Positions 44,001 through 55,472 of a stretch of DNA of 64,000 bases are shown here, one piece after another. The translations under genes and the position numbers were made by a program. Under the pieces are notes generated by a model, which had not been told where the DNA came from, did no database searches, and worked only from the letters and a program-made list of their open reading frames with translations. The stretch's first letter is position 1, and the number at the start of each line of letters is the position of its first letter. This DNA comes from an uncultured Candidatus Saccharibacteria bacterium (GTDB lineage Bacteria > Patescibacteriota > Minisyncoccia > Phycocordibacterales > DATDWN01): the NCBI GenBank assembly GCA_964426735.1, contig CAYRRP010000002.1, positions 70,582 through 134,581 on the forward strand, read 5' to 3'.

Positions 44001-44297
44001 TACTCTCTTATTACACAGCAGCCACTTGGAGGTAAAGCTCAAAGTGGAGGACAGCGATTTGGAGAAATGGAAGTGTGGGCACTCTTGGGTCACGGTGTGG
44101 CACATACATTGCAGGAGATTCTTACTATCAAATCAGACGATATTCTTGGACGATCAGCTGCATTTGATGCGATTGTAAAAGGTGAACCAATCACACAGCT
44201 TGGCACCCCTGCATCATTCAACGTACTTCTTAATAACCTTCGAGGACTCGCGCTTGATGTGGATGTAGAAGAGTCTCATGACGAAGAAAGCAAATAA
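41091..44297 (+). CDS. rpoB: DNA-directed RNA polymerase subunit beta
   Basis: Full set of conserved beta regions, including the rifampicin cluster FGEMEVWALLGHGVAH. GTG at 41091 or ATG at 41103 as start. Confidence 0.95.
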   Translation: MHKNMSQHTTHNGPRPKKFFGRFKKPLAETPNFVEPQLDSFKWLIEEGLKEVFKEFSSIKDYSEKKFQLDFTGFELALPKYDEYHAKENKLSYEAPLKVKVKLKNHIVGSEKEQEIFMADFPLMTSHGTFIISGIERVIVPQLARSYGVFFTANEVRGRRLFGAKVIPGRGAWVEVESDADGVIYVRIDRKRKFPVSTLLRVFGAHTDSDINKLFADNEFAKQSIAKTIAKDTAKTIEDAYIEIHKRLRDGDLATAENAKEFVDALFNEERYDLSPVGRFRFNQRFGKKLDEKEKARKTLSIDDIATIVTHIAHLNNTPHSQPDDIDHLGSRRVRFVGELFQQKIRVGMAQIKRNIQNRMSTIDTDVTLPVQFISPKPLQARIKEFFTTNQLSQFMLQENPLAEVEHLRTLSALGPGGLNRSRAGYEVRDVHHSHYGRLCPIHTPEGPNIGLVLRLSVYARLNHFGMIETPYAKVKNGKITADIAYLNASEEENFAIAHAATRYDKEGNILEDVVEVRINGEPSTIDKTKVDYIDVATNQAFSIATNMIPFVNHNDSTRALMGSNMQKQATPCVVPEAPLVGTGIEESAVKDTGRLVLATEAGTVSYVDGGLIKVKSEKGKETEYKLVKFSRTNGFTAFHQRPSVNVGDTVKKGSVLADTSASEHGQMAIGQNILIAFMSWSGSNYEDAIILSERLVKKSKFTSIHIEEFVVNVRDTKLGPEVTTCDIPNVGESKLKNLAEDGIVRVGAEVRPGDILVGKVTPKGETQLTPEERLLRSLFGEKAKDVKDTSKRMEGGKRGRVINVQVFSREKGDKLDSGIIKRIHIEVAELRNVSVGDKLAGRHGNKGVISKILPEEDMPYMANGTPIDMILTPLGVPSRMNLGQILELHLGLAANTLNYQAIVPPFAGATDTEIKDELVKAGFPATGKIPLYDGRTGEKFEQDIAVGYMYILKLHHMVEDKIHMRSIGPYSLITQQPLGGKAQSGGQRFGEMEVWALLGHGVAHTLQEILTIKSDDILGRSAAFDAIVKGEPITQLGTPASFNVLLNNLRGLALDVDVEESHDEESK

Positions 44298-44324
44298 TTG
44301 GTCGACTAATACATCTTCAAACAT

Positions 44325-47300
44325 ATGAAAACACAATCTAAATCAAACTCAACAAACTTCGACATGATAACCCTTCGACTCGCGTCACCAGAGCGAATCT
44401 TAGAGTGGTCATTTGGAGAAATTACAAAACCGGAAACGATCAACTACCGAACACAACGTTCAGAAAAGAATGGTCTCTTCGATGAGAAAATCTTTGGTCC
44501 AGATAAGGACTACGAATGTTATTGTGGAAAATATCGAGGTATTCGATATAAAGGTATTGTGTGTGAAAAATGTGGAGTAGAAATCACTCGATCGATTGTT
44601 CGCCGTGAACGAATGGGACATATCGAGCTCGCGACTCCGGTATCACATATTTGGTTCCTCAAATCAATGCCATCACGTATTGCGATGATTTTGGGTATCC
44701 CAACAATGGATATTGAAAAAGTTATTTATTTCGCAGGATACATCGTTACGTCAGTATCAGAAGAAGAAAGAGCTCGATACTTGAAAGATCTTGATTCAGA
44801 ATACAAATCAAAAGTAAAATCTCTTCAGGATGAAAAGACTAAAGAAGCAGTGAAAGAGATGTATCTTGAGACAAAACGAGATATTGAAAGTATTACAGAA
44901 GGCAAAGTACTTGATGAGGTTGAGTATCATAACTTTGGTATGAAATACGGTACATTGTTTGAAGCAGGTATCGGTGCTGAAGCGATTTTCAACATTTTCA
45001 AAAAACTCGACCTTTCTAAACTGCTTGCATCACTTCATGCGGAAGCAGAAAAAGCGTCAGCACTTGAAATCGGTAAAATCAACAAGCGAATTAGTACTAT
45101 TTCAGCAATGGTAAATTCAGGTGTGCGTCCAGAGTGGATGTTCCTCACACATATCCCTGTGATACCTCCTGCACTTCGACCAATGGTTCCATTGGATGGA
45201 GGACGATATGCAACATCTGATGTAAACGATTTGTATCGACGAGTGATCAACCGAAATAATCGATTGAAGAAACTGAAGGAGATTCATGCGCCTGATGTTA
45301 TCTTGCGAAACGAAAAACGTATTTTGCAAGAAGCAGTTGATGCATTGATCGATAACTCAATCCGACACGGATCTGCATCAGGTGGTGCAACATCACTTGC
45401 TCAGAGACGAGCACTCAAATCGATTGCGGATAACCTTAAGGGTAAGCGAGGTATTTTCCGACAGAACCTTCTCGGTAAACGTGTTGACTATTCAGGACGA
45501 TCAGTGATTGTGGTGGGACCTGAGCTCAATATCAATCAATGTGGTCTTCCAAAACACATGGCACTTGAGCTTTTCAAACCATTTGTGATTTCACAGCTCT
45601 TGAAACAAGAACTCGCATACAATATTCGAGGTGCAAGTAAACTTATCGAAGATGGAATCCCTGAAGTATGGGCGATTCTTGAAGATGTAACTAAAAATAA
45701 ATACGTACTATTGAACCGTGCACCAACATTGCACCGACTTGGTATCCAGGCATTCCAGCCAGTATTGATCGAAGGAAACGCTATTCAGCTTCACCCGCTT
45801 GTATGTTCAGCGTTCAACGCGGACTTCGACGGAGACCAGATGGCGGTACACGTTCCACTTTCAGATGAAGCTCAAGCAGAAGCACGAGAGATCATGGCAG
45901 CGGATAAGAACATCCTCAAACCAGGAAGTGGTGATCCGACTGTATCAGCAAAAATGCTTGATATTGTACTTGGTGCATACTGGATGACAAAAGAGATGAC
46001 TGGAGAGAAAGGTGAAGGGATGGTGTTCCAGAGTCCAAACAGTGCAATTACAGCATACGATTTCGGTGCGGTATCATTCCGAGCAAAAATAAAAGTACTT
46101 CCAACTGATAAAGAAAAATACGCACAGTTTGATGGAAAAGTGTTTGAAACAACTGTAGGAAGATTGTTGTTCAACAGTGTGTTACCAAAAGACTATCCAT
46201 TCGTAAATGGTGAAATGGTGCAAAAGAAAATAACCGCATTGATCGATGATCTTATTGAAAAATACGGTATTGAAAACGTACCTGCAATTATCGATAAAAT
46301 TAAGAAGTTTGGTTTCAAATACGCAACACATTCTGGTGTGACATGGGGAATTGATGATGTGGTGATTCCTTCAGGTAAACAAGCAATTGTTGAGGCTGCT
46401 CAAACAGAAATCTATACTATGATGGAGCATTTCAATGACGGTCTTATTTCAAAAGAAGAGCGTCTTCGAAAAGCGACAGAAGTATGGCACAAAGCAAAAG
46501 ATGATGTAGGTAAGTTGATCCCAGCATCAACCCCTGCACATGGATCAGTTTCTGATATGGTGCTTTCAGGAGCGCGAGGTTCTTGGGGTAACATCACACA
46601 GATGGCAGGTATGAAAGGTTTGATTACAAACACTTCAGGAGAAACTATTGAATTCCCAATTAAGTCATGTATGAAAGAGGGACTTACACCGATCGAATAC
46701 TTTACGACTACTCACGGATCTCGAAAAGGTTTGACTGACACAGCGCTTAACACTGCGAAAGCTGGATACCTGACTCGAAAACTTTTCGTTGTAGCACAAG
46801 ATATTGTGGTGACTGAAGAAGATTGTGGTACTACCGAAGGTATTGTAATGGGAGAAGAGTCAGGTGCAATCGATTTGTCACTTGCAAAACATATCAAAGG
46901 ACGCTTTACTGCAAAAGATGTTATTGGTCCAGATGGAAAAGTATTGTTCCCACAAGGTCATCTTATCTCAAAGAAAGATGCGACTATGCTCGAACAGCTC
47001 GGCGTGAAAAATGTAACCGTACGATCACCGCTCGCATGTAAAACACTCGATGGTGTGTGTGTGAAATGTTACGGAACTGATCTTGGTAAAAACAAAGTTG
47101 TCGAGATTGGTGAAGCAGTAGGAACTGTTGCAGGACAGGCGATCGGAGAACCAGGAACACAGCTTACAATGCGTACATTCCACTCAGGAGGTACTGCGTC
47201 AGTTGGTGGAGACATTACTTCAGGTCTTCCACGTGTTGAAGAAATCTTTGAGAAACGACAGCCGAAAAATCCAGCAATTGTTTCAACTGTTGGAGGTATC

Positions 47301-47996
47301 GTTTCAGATATCAAGATGAACAACAAAGAGAAGACTATTACAATCACTCCAGATCTTGAATATAAAACTAAATTGAAAGGAGAGATTGAGTATTCTGTAA
47401 GTTTGAACCGAATGATTTTGGTGAAGGTTGGTGAGCGAGTAGAAAAAGGAGATATTCTGACTGATGGTTCTGCAAATATCGATGAACTCTTCCGATATGC
47501 AGGAAAAGATAAAACCGTAAACTACATTATTTCTGAAATCAATAAGCCATATGATCTTCAGGGTGCAGCAGTATCTCGAAAACATATTGAACTTATCGTT
47601 CGACAAATGTTTGCACGAAAACGAGTAAAAGATGCAGGTGATACGATCTTTACCCGAGGTGATTTGGTAGACAATGCATTCTTGGCTCAAGAAAACATGC
47701 GCATGAAAGCTGAAGGTAAAGCAGAAGCAAAAGCCGATTCAGTGGTAATGGGTATTTCAGATGTCTCTCTTTCTCGCAAAAGTTTCTTGGCTGCGGCTTC
47801 ATTCCAGCATACGACTCGTATTTTGATCACCAGTGCAATCAAAGGTACAACAGACAAACTTGCTGGTCTTATGGAAAACGTGATTATCGGTAAACTTATT
47901 CCAGCAGGAACAGGATTTAAAGGAAGTAAAAAAGCTCAGATTATACAAGATGTACGTGATGCACGAGATGCAGAACGTGGTTTCCAAGGGGAATAA
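44325..47996 (+). CDS. rpoC: DNA-directed RNA polymerase subunit beta'
   Basis: Zn-binding CxxC...CxxC near the N-terminus. Catalytic NADFDGDQM motif. Trigger loop and bridge helix. Confidence 0.95.
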   Translation: MKTQSKSNSTNFDMITLRLASPERILEWSFGEITKPETINYRTQRSEKNGLFDEKIFGPDKDYECYCGKYRGIRYKGIVCEKCGVEITRSIVRRERMGHIELATPVSHIWFLKSMPSRIAMILGIPTMDIEKVIYFAGYIVTSVSEEERARYLKDLDSEYKSKVKSLQDEKTKEAVKEMYLETKRDIESITEGKVLDEVEYHNFGMKYGTLFEAGIGAEAIFNIFKKLDLSKLLASLHAEAEKASALEIGKINKRISTISAMVNSGVRPEWMFLTHIPVIPPALRPMVPLDGGRYATSDVNDLYRRVINRNNRLKKLKEIHAPDVILRNEKRILQEAVDALIDNSIRHGSASGGATSLAQRRALKSIADNLKGKRGIFRQNLLGKRVDYSGRSVIVVGPELNINQCGLPKHMALELFKPFVISQLLKQELAYNIRGASKLIEDGIPEVWAILEDVTKNKYVLLNRAPTLHRLGIQAFQPVLIEGNAIQLHPLVCSAFNADFDGDQMAVHVPLSDEAQAEAREIMAADKNILKPGSGDPTVSAKMLDIVLGAYWMTKEMTGEKGEGMVFQSPNSAITAYDFGAVSFRAKIKVLPTDKEKYAQFDGKVFETTVGRLLFNSVLPKDYPFVNGEMVQKKITALIDDLIEKYGIENVPAIIDKIKKFGFKYATHSGVTWGIDDVVIPSGKQAIVEAAQTEIYTMMEHFNDGLISKEERLRKATEVWHKAKDDVGKLIPASTPAHGSVSDMVLSGARGSWGNITQMAGMKGLITNTSGETIEFPIKSCMKEGLTPIEYFTTTHGSRKGLTDTALNTAKAGYLTRKLFVVAQDIVVTEEDCGTTEGIVMGEESGAIDLSLAKHIKGRFTAKDVIGPDGKVLFPQGHLISKKDATMLEQLGVKNVTVRSPLACKTLDGVCVKCYGTDLGKNKVVEIGEAVGTVAGQAIGEPGTQLTMRTFHSGGTASVGGDITSGLPRVEEIFEKRQPKNPAIVSTVGGIVSDIKMNNKEKTITITPDLEYKTKLKGEIEYSVSLNRMILVKVGERVEKGDILTDGSANIDELFRYAGKDKTVNYIISEINKPYDLQGAAVSRKHIELIVRQMFARKRVKDAGDTIFTRGDLVDNAFLAQENMRMKAEGKAEAKADSVVMGISDVSLSRKSFLAAASFQHTTRILITSAIKGTTDKLAGLMENVIIGKLIPAGTGFKGSKKAQIIQDVRDARDAERGFQGE

Positions 47997-48146
47997 CAGA
48001 TCTTTTGACATAGTATCTGAAGCAAATTAAATTGCTTCAGATACGCGACGCGGAAGCGTTTGAGTATGAGCCGTACAGTCGTACGGTGAGTGCTCAAACG
48101 TGAACCGTAACAAAGTAGATGAGGTAATTTTATTTGTCTTCACACT

Positions 48147-49868
48147 ATGTCATCATCAGTTGATCAAATCAAATCAAAATTGGATATCGTTTCTGTAGTG
48201 GGAACGTATATAAAACTCGAAAAAGCAGGAAGTAATTTCAAAGGACGGTGTCCGTTCCATAACGAAAAAACTCCCTCTTTTTTCGTATCTACTGATCGAG
48301 ATTCATACTACTGCTTTGGGTGTCATGCAAAAGGAGATATCTTTACGTTTGTGCAAGAGTTTGAAGGACTTGATTTTGTGGGGGCACTGAAAGTGCTTGC
48401 TGAACGAGCAGGAGTGACACTCGAATCTGTTGTTCCTCAATCAAAAACAGAGAAAGATGAAATGTATCAAGCACTTGAACTTGCCACATTTTATTTTGAA
48501 AAAAATCTTTCAGTGGAAAAAGTTCCTCGAGATTATCTCGCGCATCGAGGTATCCATGAAGACACAGTGTCTTCATGGAAGCTTGGATATACGTATCCAG
48601 AGTGGAGAGGTTTATATGATTTTCTCCTTTCAAAAAAAGTTAGTCCATCTGTGATGGAAAAAGTTGGACTTGTTAAGAAAAAAGAAGGTACCACGGATAG
48701 TTTCTATGATACATTTCGTGGACGTATTATGTTTCCTATTTCTGATTCATCCGGACGTATTGTTGGTTTTTCAGGACGTATACTGGTTGATGATGGGAAA
48801 TCACCAAAATATTTGAACTCACCAGAAACAGAGCTCTTCAATAAATCAGAAATACTCTACGGACTCCATAAAGCAAAGCACACGATTCGTGAGCGAGATT
48901 ATTCTATTTTGGTTGAAGGTCAAATGGATCTGGTGATGCTTCATCAGGCAGGGTTTACAAACACTGTTGCGTCTTCCGGAACAGCATTGACTGCAGAGCA
49001 TTTGACTCGACTGAATAGACTTTCTCATCGAGTTATTATGGCATTTGACGGAGATGCTGCAGGTATTAGTGCAGTGTCACGTGCGTCGAAAATCGCACTT
49101 TCTCTTGGTATGGAGGTGAAAGTAGCAACAATGCCTGAAGGTAAAGATCCTGCTGATTTAGCAAAAGATGCTCCTGAAATACTTTCGCATAGTATCAAAG
49201 ATGCAACGCATGTGATCTTTTTTGTACTCGACCAATTACTTCACACGGTAACTGATCGACAGATTATCGCACGAAAAGTTGTATCGGATGTATTACCTTT
49301 TGTCAGCTTTATTAAAAGTTCATCAGAGCAGGCACATTTTATTTCTGAAATATCTGCACGTACTCGAATCAAGGAGGATGCATTATGGAATGATTTACGA
49401 CAAGTCACATTGGCTTCTTCAGGAGTTGTACGTCCACATGAAATAAAAGAAAAGAAAGAACAAACAGATAGACGGTTTGTTGTCGCACGAAAGATAATCG
49501 GTATCATGGAGTGGCAAAAACACGCTGCAGAAAAACAGATTTCTTTTGAACATATTGAAACAGAATTGGTTCGAATTCTCGGTCCTGATGTGGATGTGTT
49601 TCGGGAACGGATCAATCCAGATCTAGAAGCGTTGCTCTTTGAGACGGAAAGCTATTATAATAACCGTACAACATTACAATCTGATGTCGACGAACTCCTC
49701 ATCACGCTTGAAGAAGAAGATTTAAAAAGTAAACTGATTGCCTCCATGACAGCACTTCATACTGCAGAGAGTTTACATGATACAGAGAAATCGCTTCAAT
49801 TATTACAAGAATGTCAGCGCCTCTCAAAGAAAATCAACCATATCAAACAAAACCATGAAAAAAAATAA
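48147..49868 (+). CDS. dnaG: DNA primase
   Basis: Zinc finger [11 protein letters not shown]...CFGC. Toprim EGQMD. DnaB-interacting C-terminus. Confidence 0.9.
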   Translation: MSSSVDQIKSKLDIVSVVGTYIKLEKAGSNFKGRCPFHNEKTPSFFVSTDRDSYYCFGCHAKGDIFTFVQEFEGLDFVGALKVLAERAGVTLESVVPQSKTEKDEMYQALELATFYFEKNLSVEKVPRDYLAHRGIHEDTVSSWKLGYTYPEWRGLYDFLLSKKVSPSVMEKVGLVKKKEGTTDSFYDTFRGRIMFPISDSSGRIVGFSGRILVDDGKSPKYLNSPETELFNKSEILYGLHKAKHTIRERDYSILVEGQMDLVMLHQAGFTNTVASSGTALTAEHLTRLNRLSHRVIMAFDGDAAGISAVSRASKIALSLGMEVKVATMPEGKDPADLAKDAPEILSHSIKDATHVIFFVLDQLLHTVTDRQIIARKVVSDVLPFVSFIKSSSEQAHFISEISARTRIKEDALWNDLRQVTLASSGVVRPHEIKEKKEQTDRRFVVARKIIGIMEWQKHAAEKQISFEHIETELVRILGPDVDVFRERINPDLEALLFETESYYNNRTTLQSDVDELLITLEEEDLKSKLIASMTALHTAESLHDTEKSLQLLQECQRLSKKINHIKQNHEKK

Positions 49869-51144
49869 ACCCACAAAAAAAATAATTAAAAAAGCTCCGG
49901 CGAAAAAAGTTGCCAAAAAAGCACCTGCAAAAGCGAAAGCAAAAGTGAAGGCAAAAAAACCAGCAAAGGTAATGCTCCCAAAAGGTAAAACAAAAAAGAA
50001 AGCAAAACCTGTGGCAGCGATGCGAGCGTTTAAAGATGATGCAGGTAAAAAGGTGAGTAAGGTGGATAAGATGGAACAAGCGGTACAGCGTCTACTTTCC
50101 AAAGGTAAGGAGCGTGGGTTTGTGACATACGATTTTATTTTGAAAGAGTTTCCAACTATTGAGGATGACATTATCTTTCTCGAAGATCTATATGAGCGAC
50201 TACAGACTGCGGGTATTGATGTGCTTGAAGGAGGAGGGCTTTTGCAAAATCCTGCTGAAGATCCAGAACTCATGGGTAAAAAATATGGATACAATGGAAA
50301 GTCAGATGCATCGTATGACTCTATTCAGATGTATTTGAAAGAAATCGGTCAGTACCCACTCATCTCCGGTTCAATGGAAAAGGAACTTGCAAAGCGTATT
50401 GAAGCGGGAGATATCGAAGCGAAAAATTTGCTTGCTCGTGCAAACTTGCGACTCGTAGTGTCTATTGCGAAGAAATATGTCGGGCGATCAGCAGACCTCA
50501 CTCTCCTTGACCTTATCCAGGAAGGTAACCTTGGTTTGTTTAAAGCGGTTGATAAATTTGATTGGACTAAAGGATATAAGTTTTCAACGTATGCGACCTG
50601 GTGGATCAGACAAGCGATCACGCGAGCGCTTGCAGACCAGTCTCGAACAATTCGCGTGCCGGTGCATATGGTTGAGACAATTGCGAAATACAAACAAGTC
50701 GTGCGACGACTTTCACAAGACCTCGGGCGTGACCCGCTTCCAGAAGAGATTGCAACAGAAATGAATCTTGATGTTGATAAGATTTATACTATTGAAAAAA
50801 TTGATCAGAGTACTGTCTCTCTCGAGGCTCCGATTGGTGAAGAGGATGATGGTAAGTCAAAGCTTGGAGACTTTCTTGCTGATGATAAAATCCTTTCTCC
50901 AGACCAGGAATCAGCTCGACGAATCGTTGGTGATCAGGTGCGAGAAATCTTGAATGATCTCCCAGAAAAAGAGCGACGAATTCTTGAAATGCGACATGGG
51001 CTTCTCGATGGTGTGACTCATACGCTTGAAGAAGTAGGGAAGGAATTTGGAGTGACTCGTGAGCGTATTCGACAGATCGAGGCGAAGGCTCACGAAAAAA
51101 TACGTCAACACGACAAAATTAATAGATTGAGAAATTACTACTAG
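49855..51144 (+). CDS. rpoD: RNA polymerase sigma factor RpoD (sigma-70) with Lys/Ala-rich basic N-terminal tail
   Basis: Regions 1.2-4.2 present ([54 protein letters not shown]). Start overlaps the dnaG stop by 14 nt (ATGAAAAAAAATAA). Confidence 0.88.
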   Translation: MKKNKPTKKIIKKAPAKKVAKKAPAKAKAKVKAKKPAKVMLPKGKTKKKAKPVAAMRAFKDDAGKKVSKVDKMEQAVQRLLSKGKERGFVTYDFILKEFPTIEDDIIFLEDLYERLQTAGIDVLEGGGLLQNPAEDPELMGKKYGYNGKSDASYDSIQMYLKEIGQYPLISGSMEKELAKRIEAGDIEAKNLLARANLRLVVSIAKKYVGRSADLTLLDLIQEGNLGLFKAVDKFDWTKGYKFSTYATWWIRQAITRALADQSRTIRVPVHMVETIAKYKQVVRRLSQDLGRDPLPEEIATEMNLDVDKIYTIEKIDQSTVSLEAPIGEEDDGKSKLGDFLADDKILSPDQESARRIVGDQVREILNDLPEKERRILEMRHGLLDGVTHTLEEVGKEFGVTRERIRQIEAKAHEKIRQHDKINRLRNYY

Positions 51145-51168
51145 TAACAAGTATCAGATTTTTTTATT

Positions 51169-51303
51169 GCTTTGTAACTTTTTAGAGGCAATCTATCTAG
51201 CCCTGGTGGGCTAGCGAACTGCTCGTCGTTCAAGAAAATTATAGACCGAATACAGTCTTAATTTTCTAAACTCCTGCGCAAGGCCTCTAAAAAGTTACAA
51301 AGC
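51169..51303. repeat. Conserved structured element family 2, copy 2 (short form)
   Basis: 21-bp perfect outer stem GCTTTGTAACTTTTTAGAGGC / GCCTCTAAAAAGTTACAAAGC. Encloses the same conserved blocks as 36047-36324, including the CTAGCCC-TGGT-GGGCTAG hairpin. Confidence 0.65.
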
Positions 51304-51400
51304 AAACAAAATCTTGATTAGGTAGTGTTAAAAACAAAAAGGCCTTGAAGGTCTTTTTGTTTGTAGGTGGGGTGTGATAAAATTCACACGGAGGGAAGTG

Positions 51401-51652
51401 ATGGAAAAGAGATTGAAGCGAGCGGTGCAGAAATTACTAAAAGGAAAACGACCATTTGAAGGAAGAAGGGTCGTATTGGTTGAGCATCATGGGTCGGAAA
51501 TGGTAGAGCGTGAATTTAGGGTTTGGCATATTTCTGGTGATCATGATGATTTTTCTCTCGAAGAAATCGGTTCTCATGTTGCCCACACTCTTGTGTTCCG
51601 CAAGGGTAAAAATGGACGGTTGTATCCAGTAAGAAAAAAAGAGGGTACCTGA
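51401..51652 (+). CDS. Hypothetical protein (83 aa)
   Basis: GGAGGG RBS 6 nt before the ATG (MEKRLKR...). Hairpin GGGTACC...GGTACCC follows. Confidence 0.4.
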   Translation: MEKRLKRAVQKLLKGKRPFEGRRVVLVEHHGSEMVEREFRVWHISGDHDDFSLEEIGSHVAHTLVFRKGKNGRLYPVRKKEGT

Positions 51653-51710
51653 ATAAGGTACCCTTTCTGCATATAATATAAACTCCCGCTGGTGTGGTAT
51701 CCTTAAAGGT

Positions 51711-54700
51711 ATGAAATTTGAAGAACGCTATAAAAAACTGAACGCAGAGCAAAAGAAAGCGGTGGATACTATCGAAGGGCCGGTGTTGGTGGTAGCAGGG
51801 CCGGGGTCGGGGAAAACCGAGATCCTTTCAATGCGTGTCGCCCAGATATTGAAAGAGACTGATACAGCTGCAGGCTCTATCCTTTGTCTTACCTTTACCG
51901 ACTCCGCGTCTATCAACATGCGAGAGCGTCTCGCAGGGCTTATTGGTGTACAGGCATATCGCGTCGGTATTTATACCTTCCATAGTTTTTGTACTGAAGT
52001 GATTGGTCGGTATCCAGAATACTTTTTTGGACATGCTGACTTTCACCCTGCTGATGAAGTGACACGTAGAGAAATTCTCCAGACTCTTTTTACAGAAATG
52101 TCATATGACAATCCGCTTCGCTCAGAACATCCTGAACAAGGTTTTGTGTTTTTAAGTGGCGCACTTTCTTCTTTTTCTGATTTGAAACGAGCAGGTCTCA
52201 CTCCAAAAGAATTTCAAATGATTATCGCTCATAATGAGGAAGAGATGAAAGCAATTAATATACTGCTCGCAGAATATATTCCTGAGCGTATTTCAAAAAA
52301 AGAAATAAATCGGTTTAATGATTTGGTAGTAGAAGTAAAAAAAATAAAGAGTACACCTAAACCTTTTGAACATATTCATTCGTTTACTCAAACATTTTTG
52401 TACGGATTGGAAACCGCACTTTCTTCTGCTTTTGAGAGTGATTCGTCTACTCCACTTTCTGAATGGAAACGAAAAGAAATCGAAAAAACAGATACCAGTT
52501 TTGTACTTAAAGATTTTACCCGTCTCGATAAGATGAAGGCACTCGGGAGTCTGTATGAAAGCTATCAAAAAGCTCTTTTTGATGCTGGATATTTTGATTT
52601 TGATGACATGATACTTGAAGTCGTAAAAGCACTTGAGACAAATGAGACACTCCGACAAATGCTTGAAGAGCGTTTCCAGTATATTCTCGTCGATGAATTT
52701 CAAGATACTAACGATGCGCAGATGAGACTGCTTTATGCACTTACTTCATCAGAAGTGCATGAGGGACGGCCCAATATTATGGCAGTAGGAGATGATGATC
52801 AATCGATCTATCGTTTCCAAGGTGCAGAGGTTGCCAACATGCTTTCGTTTGCGACTCGGTTTAAAAATCCGACGCTTGTATCACTTTCAAAAAACTATCG
52901 TTCGACCGCAGAGATTTTGGAGATTTCAGAATCAATCATCACTCAAAGCGAGCAGTCTTTGCGTACACTGCTCCCACAAATCGAAAAGAAAATTGTAGCG
53001 GCAAATACTAATCTCCCAAAAGGTCAGGTTCATTTCAAAACCTGTGCCACAGCACTTCATGAATATGACTATATTGCACAGGAGATTAAAAAGCTTCATA
53101 GTAACGGTGTGGCATATAAAGATATTGCGGTGATTGGACGAAAGCATGTGTCGCTCCGTGAGTTGGTGCCATACCTCCATGCACATACAGTTCCTGTGCA
53201 ATATGAAAAAAGACAAAATGTATTTGAGGATGATATCGTGATGCAGTTGGTTACATTGTTGCGGTTTGTTGATTCTGTCTCTCGAGTAGATGTAACAATG
53301 AGAGAAGATTTGTTGCCGGTGATATTGTCTTTTCCGTTTTGGGGGCTTTCACGAGATGTGGTGTGGGGCATTTCACTTTCTGCACAAAAAAACCACCTCT
53401 CATGGTTCGAGGTAATGAAAAACCATGATGAAAAGCATATCAAAGATATTGCAGACTTTTTAATCACACTCGGTGTGGATGCACAATCTCTTCCGGTGGA
53501 ACGAGTGATTGATCGTTTGATTGGTGGCGAGGTTGCTTCGGTTGTAGACAATGAATACAGTGAAGATGAGCAGAGTGAAGAAAAAAAGGAAGGGTATCAA
53601 AGTCCACTTCGTTCATACTATTTTAGTGGAGAAAGTTTTGTCTCGCATAAAGCGAAATATGTAAGTTTTCTTTCGGCACTCAAGGTGTTTATCGAAGCGC
53701 TTCGTGAGTATAAAAGTGGCGGGGTAGTATCGGTGTCTGACGCGGTACGATTTGTGGATGTGCATGAAAAAGCGGGTATAGAGCTTCTTGATCAAAGTCC
53801 ATATATAGAAAGTGAAGATGCGGTGACACTTTTAACATCACATAAAGCAAAAGGACTCGAGTTTCCGGTAGTATTTGTGATGTCACTGACTGATGATATG
53901 TGGGCAGGTAAGGGGGTGCCAGATAAGCTTCCGTTTCCAAAAAATATTAACGCCCGTCCAGGCGCAGATAGTGTGGATGATAAACTTCGATTGCTCTATG
54001 TAGCACTCACTCGTGCACAACATACACTCTACATCACACATTATCGTGAGCATGCTTCAGGTACGAAAGCGTTACTTTCTCAATTTATGAATGCTCATGT
54101 AGAAAAGTTTAGTGACCATGATAAAGTTCCTGCAACAGATTTGCTTGATATTGCACGCAGTGCTCATATTCATACATACACAACAAATGAGACTGCGCTC
54201 CTTAAAGATATCGTCAAGGATTATCAAATGCCAGTAACGCATCTCAATAACTTTTTAAATATAAGTAAAGGTGGACCACATCTTTTCCTTGAGCAAAACC
54301 TTCTTCGATTCCCGCAGGCAAAAACAGTGCCAAGTGTATACGGTACTGCACTTCATAGTGCGCTTGAGTATGTCTATACTTACTACAAACGTGAGGGAGT
54401 ACTTCCTGAGTTTTCAGGTGTTATCGCAAAAGCACGTCAAGAAATCATTGCAGGACGTCTGAGTCCAGTGGATACACGAGTACAGATGGAACGAGCGGAA
54501 AAAGCGCTGACGTTGTATATGAAAAATCACGGAAAAGATATTGATCCATCTGATTTGATTGAAACCAATTTTAAAAACCAAGGTGTTGTAGTGGGCGATG
54601 CGCGGATTACGGGAAAGATAGACAAGATGCATATTGAAGGGAATACGATAGTTGTGTCTGATTGGAAAACAGGTAAGCCAAAAGATTCATGGGAGGTCTC

Positions 54701-55013
54701 AGGAGATGAAAAAATACAGCTCCAGAACTATGCGCGACAACTTTTATTTTATAAACTTCTTGTTGAAGGTTCGACTGATTTTAATTCGTATGTAGTAGAG
54801 GAAGGAAGGCTTGAATTTCTAGAACCAGTGAAAAATAGTTTTGTTACCTTGCCACTGGAGATAGATGAGGATGAAGTGGAACGATTGAAAAAACTCATTG
54901 AAGTGGTATACAAAAAGATAATCAATCTTGATTTTCCTGATGTTTCAAAATATTCACAAGATATGAAAGGGTGTTTAGAATTTGAAGAGGATTTGTTGAG
55001 TGGGAAAGTATAG
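51711..55013 (+). CDS. UvrD-family helicase fused to a C-terminal PD-(D/E)xK (RecB-like) nuclease; AddA/PcrA-like
   Basis: Walker A VVAGPGSGKTE. Motif DEFQDTN. UvrD C-terminal helicase motifs. Terminal nuclease motif IVVSDWKTGKP. Confidence 0.85.
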   Translation: MKFEERYKKLNAEQKKAVDTIEGPVLVVAGPGSGKTEILSMRVAQILKETDTAAGSILCLTFTDSASINMRERLAGLIGVQAYRVGIYTFHSFCTEVIGRYPEYFFGHADFHPADEVTRREILQTLFTEMSYDNPLRSEHPEQGFVFLSGALSSFSDLKRAGLTPKEFQMIIAHNEEEMKAINILLAEYIPERISKKEINRFNDLVVEVKKIKSTPKPFEHIHSFTQTFLYGLETALSSAFESDSSTPLSEWKRKEIEKTDTSFVLKDFTRLDKMKALGSLYESYQKALFDAGYFDFDDMILEVVKALETNETLRQMLEERFQYILVDEFQDTNDAQMRLLYALTSSEVHEGRPNIMAVGDDDQSIYRFQGAEVANMLSFATRFKNPTLVSLSKNYRSTAEILEISESIITQSEQSLRTLLPQIEKKIVAANTNLPKGQVHFKTCATALHEYDYIAQEIKKLHSNGVAYKDIAVIGRKHVSLRELVPYLHAHTVPVQYEKRQNVFEDDIVMQLVTLLRFVDSVSRVDVTMREDLLPVILSFPFWGLSRDVVWGISLSAQKNHLSWFEVMKNHDEKHIKDIADFLITLGVDAQSLPVERVIDRLIGGEVASVVDNEYSEDEQSEEKKEGYQSPLRSYYFSGESFVSHKAKYVSFLSALKVFIEALREYKSGGVVSVSDAVRFVDVHEKAGIELLDQSPYIESEDAVTLLTSHKAKGLEFPVVFVMSLTDDMWAGKGVPDKLPFPKNINARPGADSVDDKLRLLYVALTRAQHTLYITHYREHASGTKALLSQFMNAHVEKFSDHDKVPATDLLDIARSAHIHTYTTNETALLKDIVKDYQMPVTHLNNFLNISKGGPHLFLEQNLLRFPQAKTVPSVYGTALHSALEYVYTYYKREGVLPEFSGVIAKARQEIIAGRLSPVDTRVQMERAEKALTLYMKNHGKDIDPSDLIETNFKNQGVVVGDARITGKIDKMHIEGNTIVVSDWKTGKPKDSWEVSGDEKIQLQNYARQLLFYKLLVEGSTDFNSYVVEEGRLEFLEPVKNSFVTLPLEIDEDEVERLKKLIEVVYKKIINLDFPDVSKYSQDMKGCLEFEEDLLSGKV

Positions 55014-55046
55014 TGTGGTAGTCTGGAATAAGAAGGAGTTTTTCGT

Positions 55047-55412
55047 ATGTTTACACGACTGTTTTTTCTTACTGCACTTTCTGTGTCTGTAGGGACGCAA
55101 GTATTTTCAAGTGGCGTCTTTGTGCCTCGCTTGATTCACTGGACGAAAATCGCACGTCCAATTCAAGAAAAAATCACCGGGACGATAACCTTCATTGTCA
55201 CCGTAGGGGACAAAGGGGAAGTGCGCGGTATTAGGTTGAAAGATACACGCGACGTAACTCCTCAGAATGAGGTATGGATCAGGGAGATCCAAAAAGAAGT
55301 GAAGGGTCACTGGAAGTACGAACCGAAAAACAATTTTGCCATGTACTACATCATGGCGGTTGATTTAGTGATTACTGATGAAGATTTTCGCCCCCTGAAA
55401 CCGAGAAGGTAG
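55047..55412 (+). CDS. Secreted hypothetical protein (121 aa)
   Basis: Signal peptide MFTRLFFLTALSVSVGTQVFS. Confidence 0.5.
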   Translation: MFTRLFFLTALSVSVGTQVFSSGVFVPRLIHWTKIARPIQEKITGTITFIVTVGDKGEVRGIRLKDTRDVTPQNEVWIREIQKEVKGHWKYEPKNNFAMYYIMAVDLVITDEDFRPLKPRR

Positions 55413-55433
55413 GGGGCTTTTGCATATCAAATT

Positions 55434-55468
55434 TAAAAAAACTCACACCAGGTGTGAGTTTTTTTAAA
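55434..55468. terminator. Bidirectional terminator AAAAAAACTCACACC-AGGTGTGAGTTTTTTT
   Basis: Perfect 10-bp stem flanked by A-run and T-run between convergent genes. Confidence 0.85.
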
Positions 55469-55472
55469 ATTG

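Noticed and set aside
49777-49854. Upstream extension of rpoD overlapping 90 nt of dnaG
   Set aside because: It is more parsimonious to start at the ATG at 49855. This has a short 14-nt overlap typical of coupled genes; the extension would be translated from inside dnaG.
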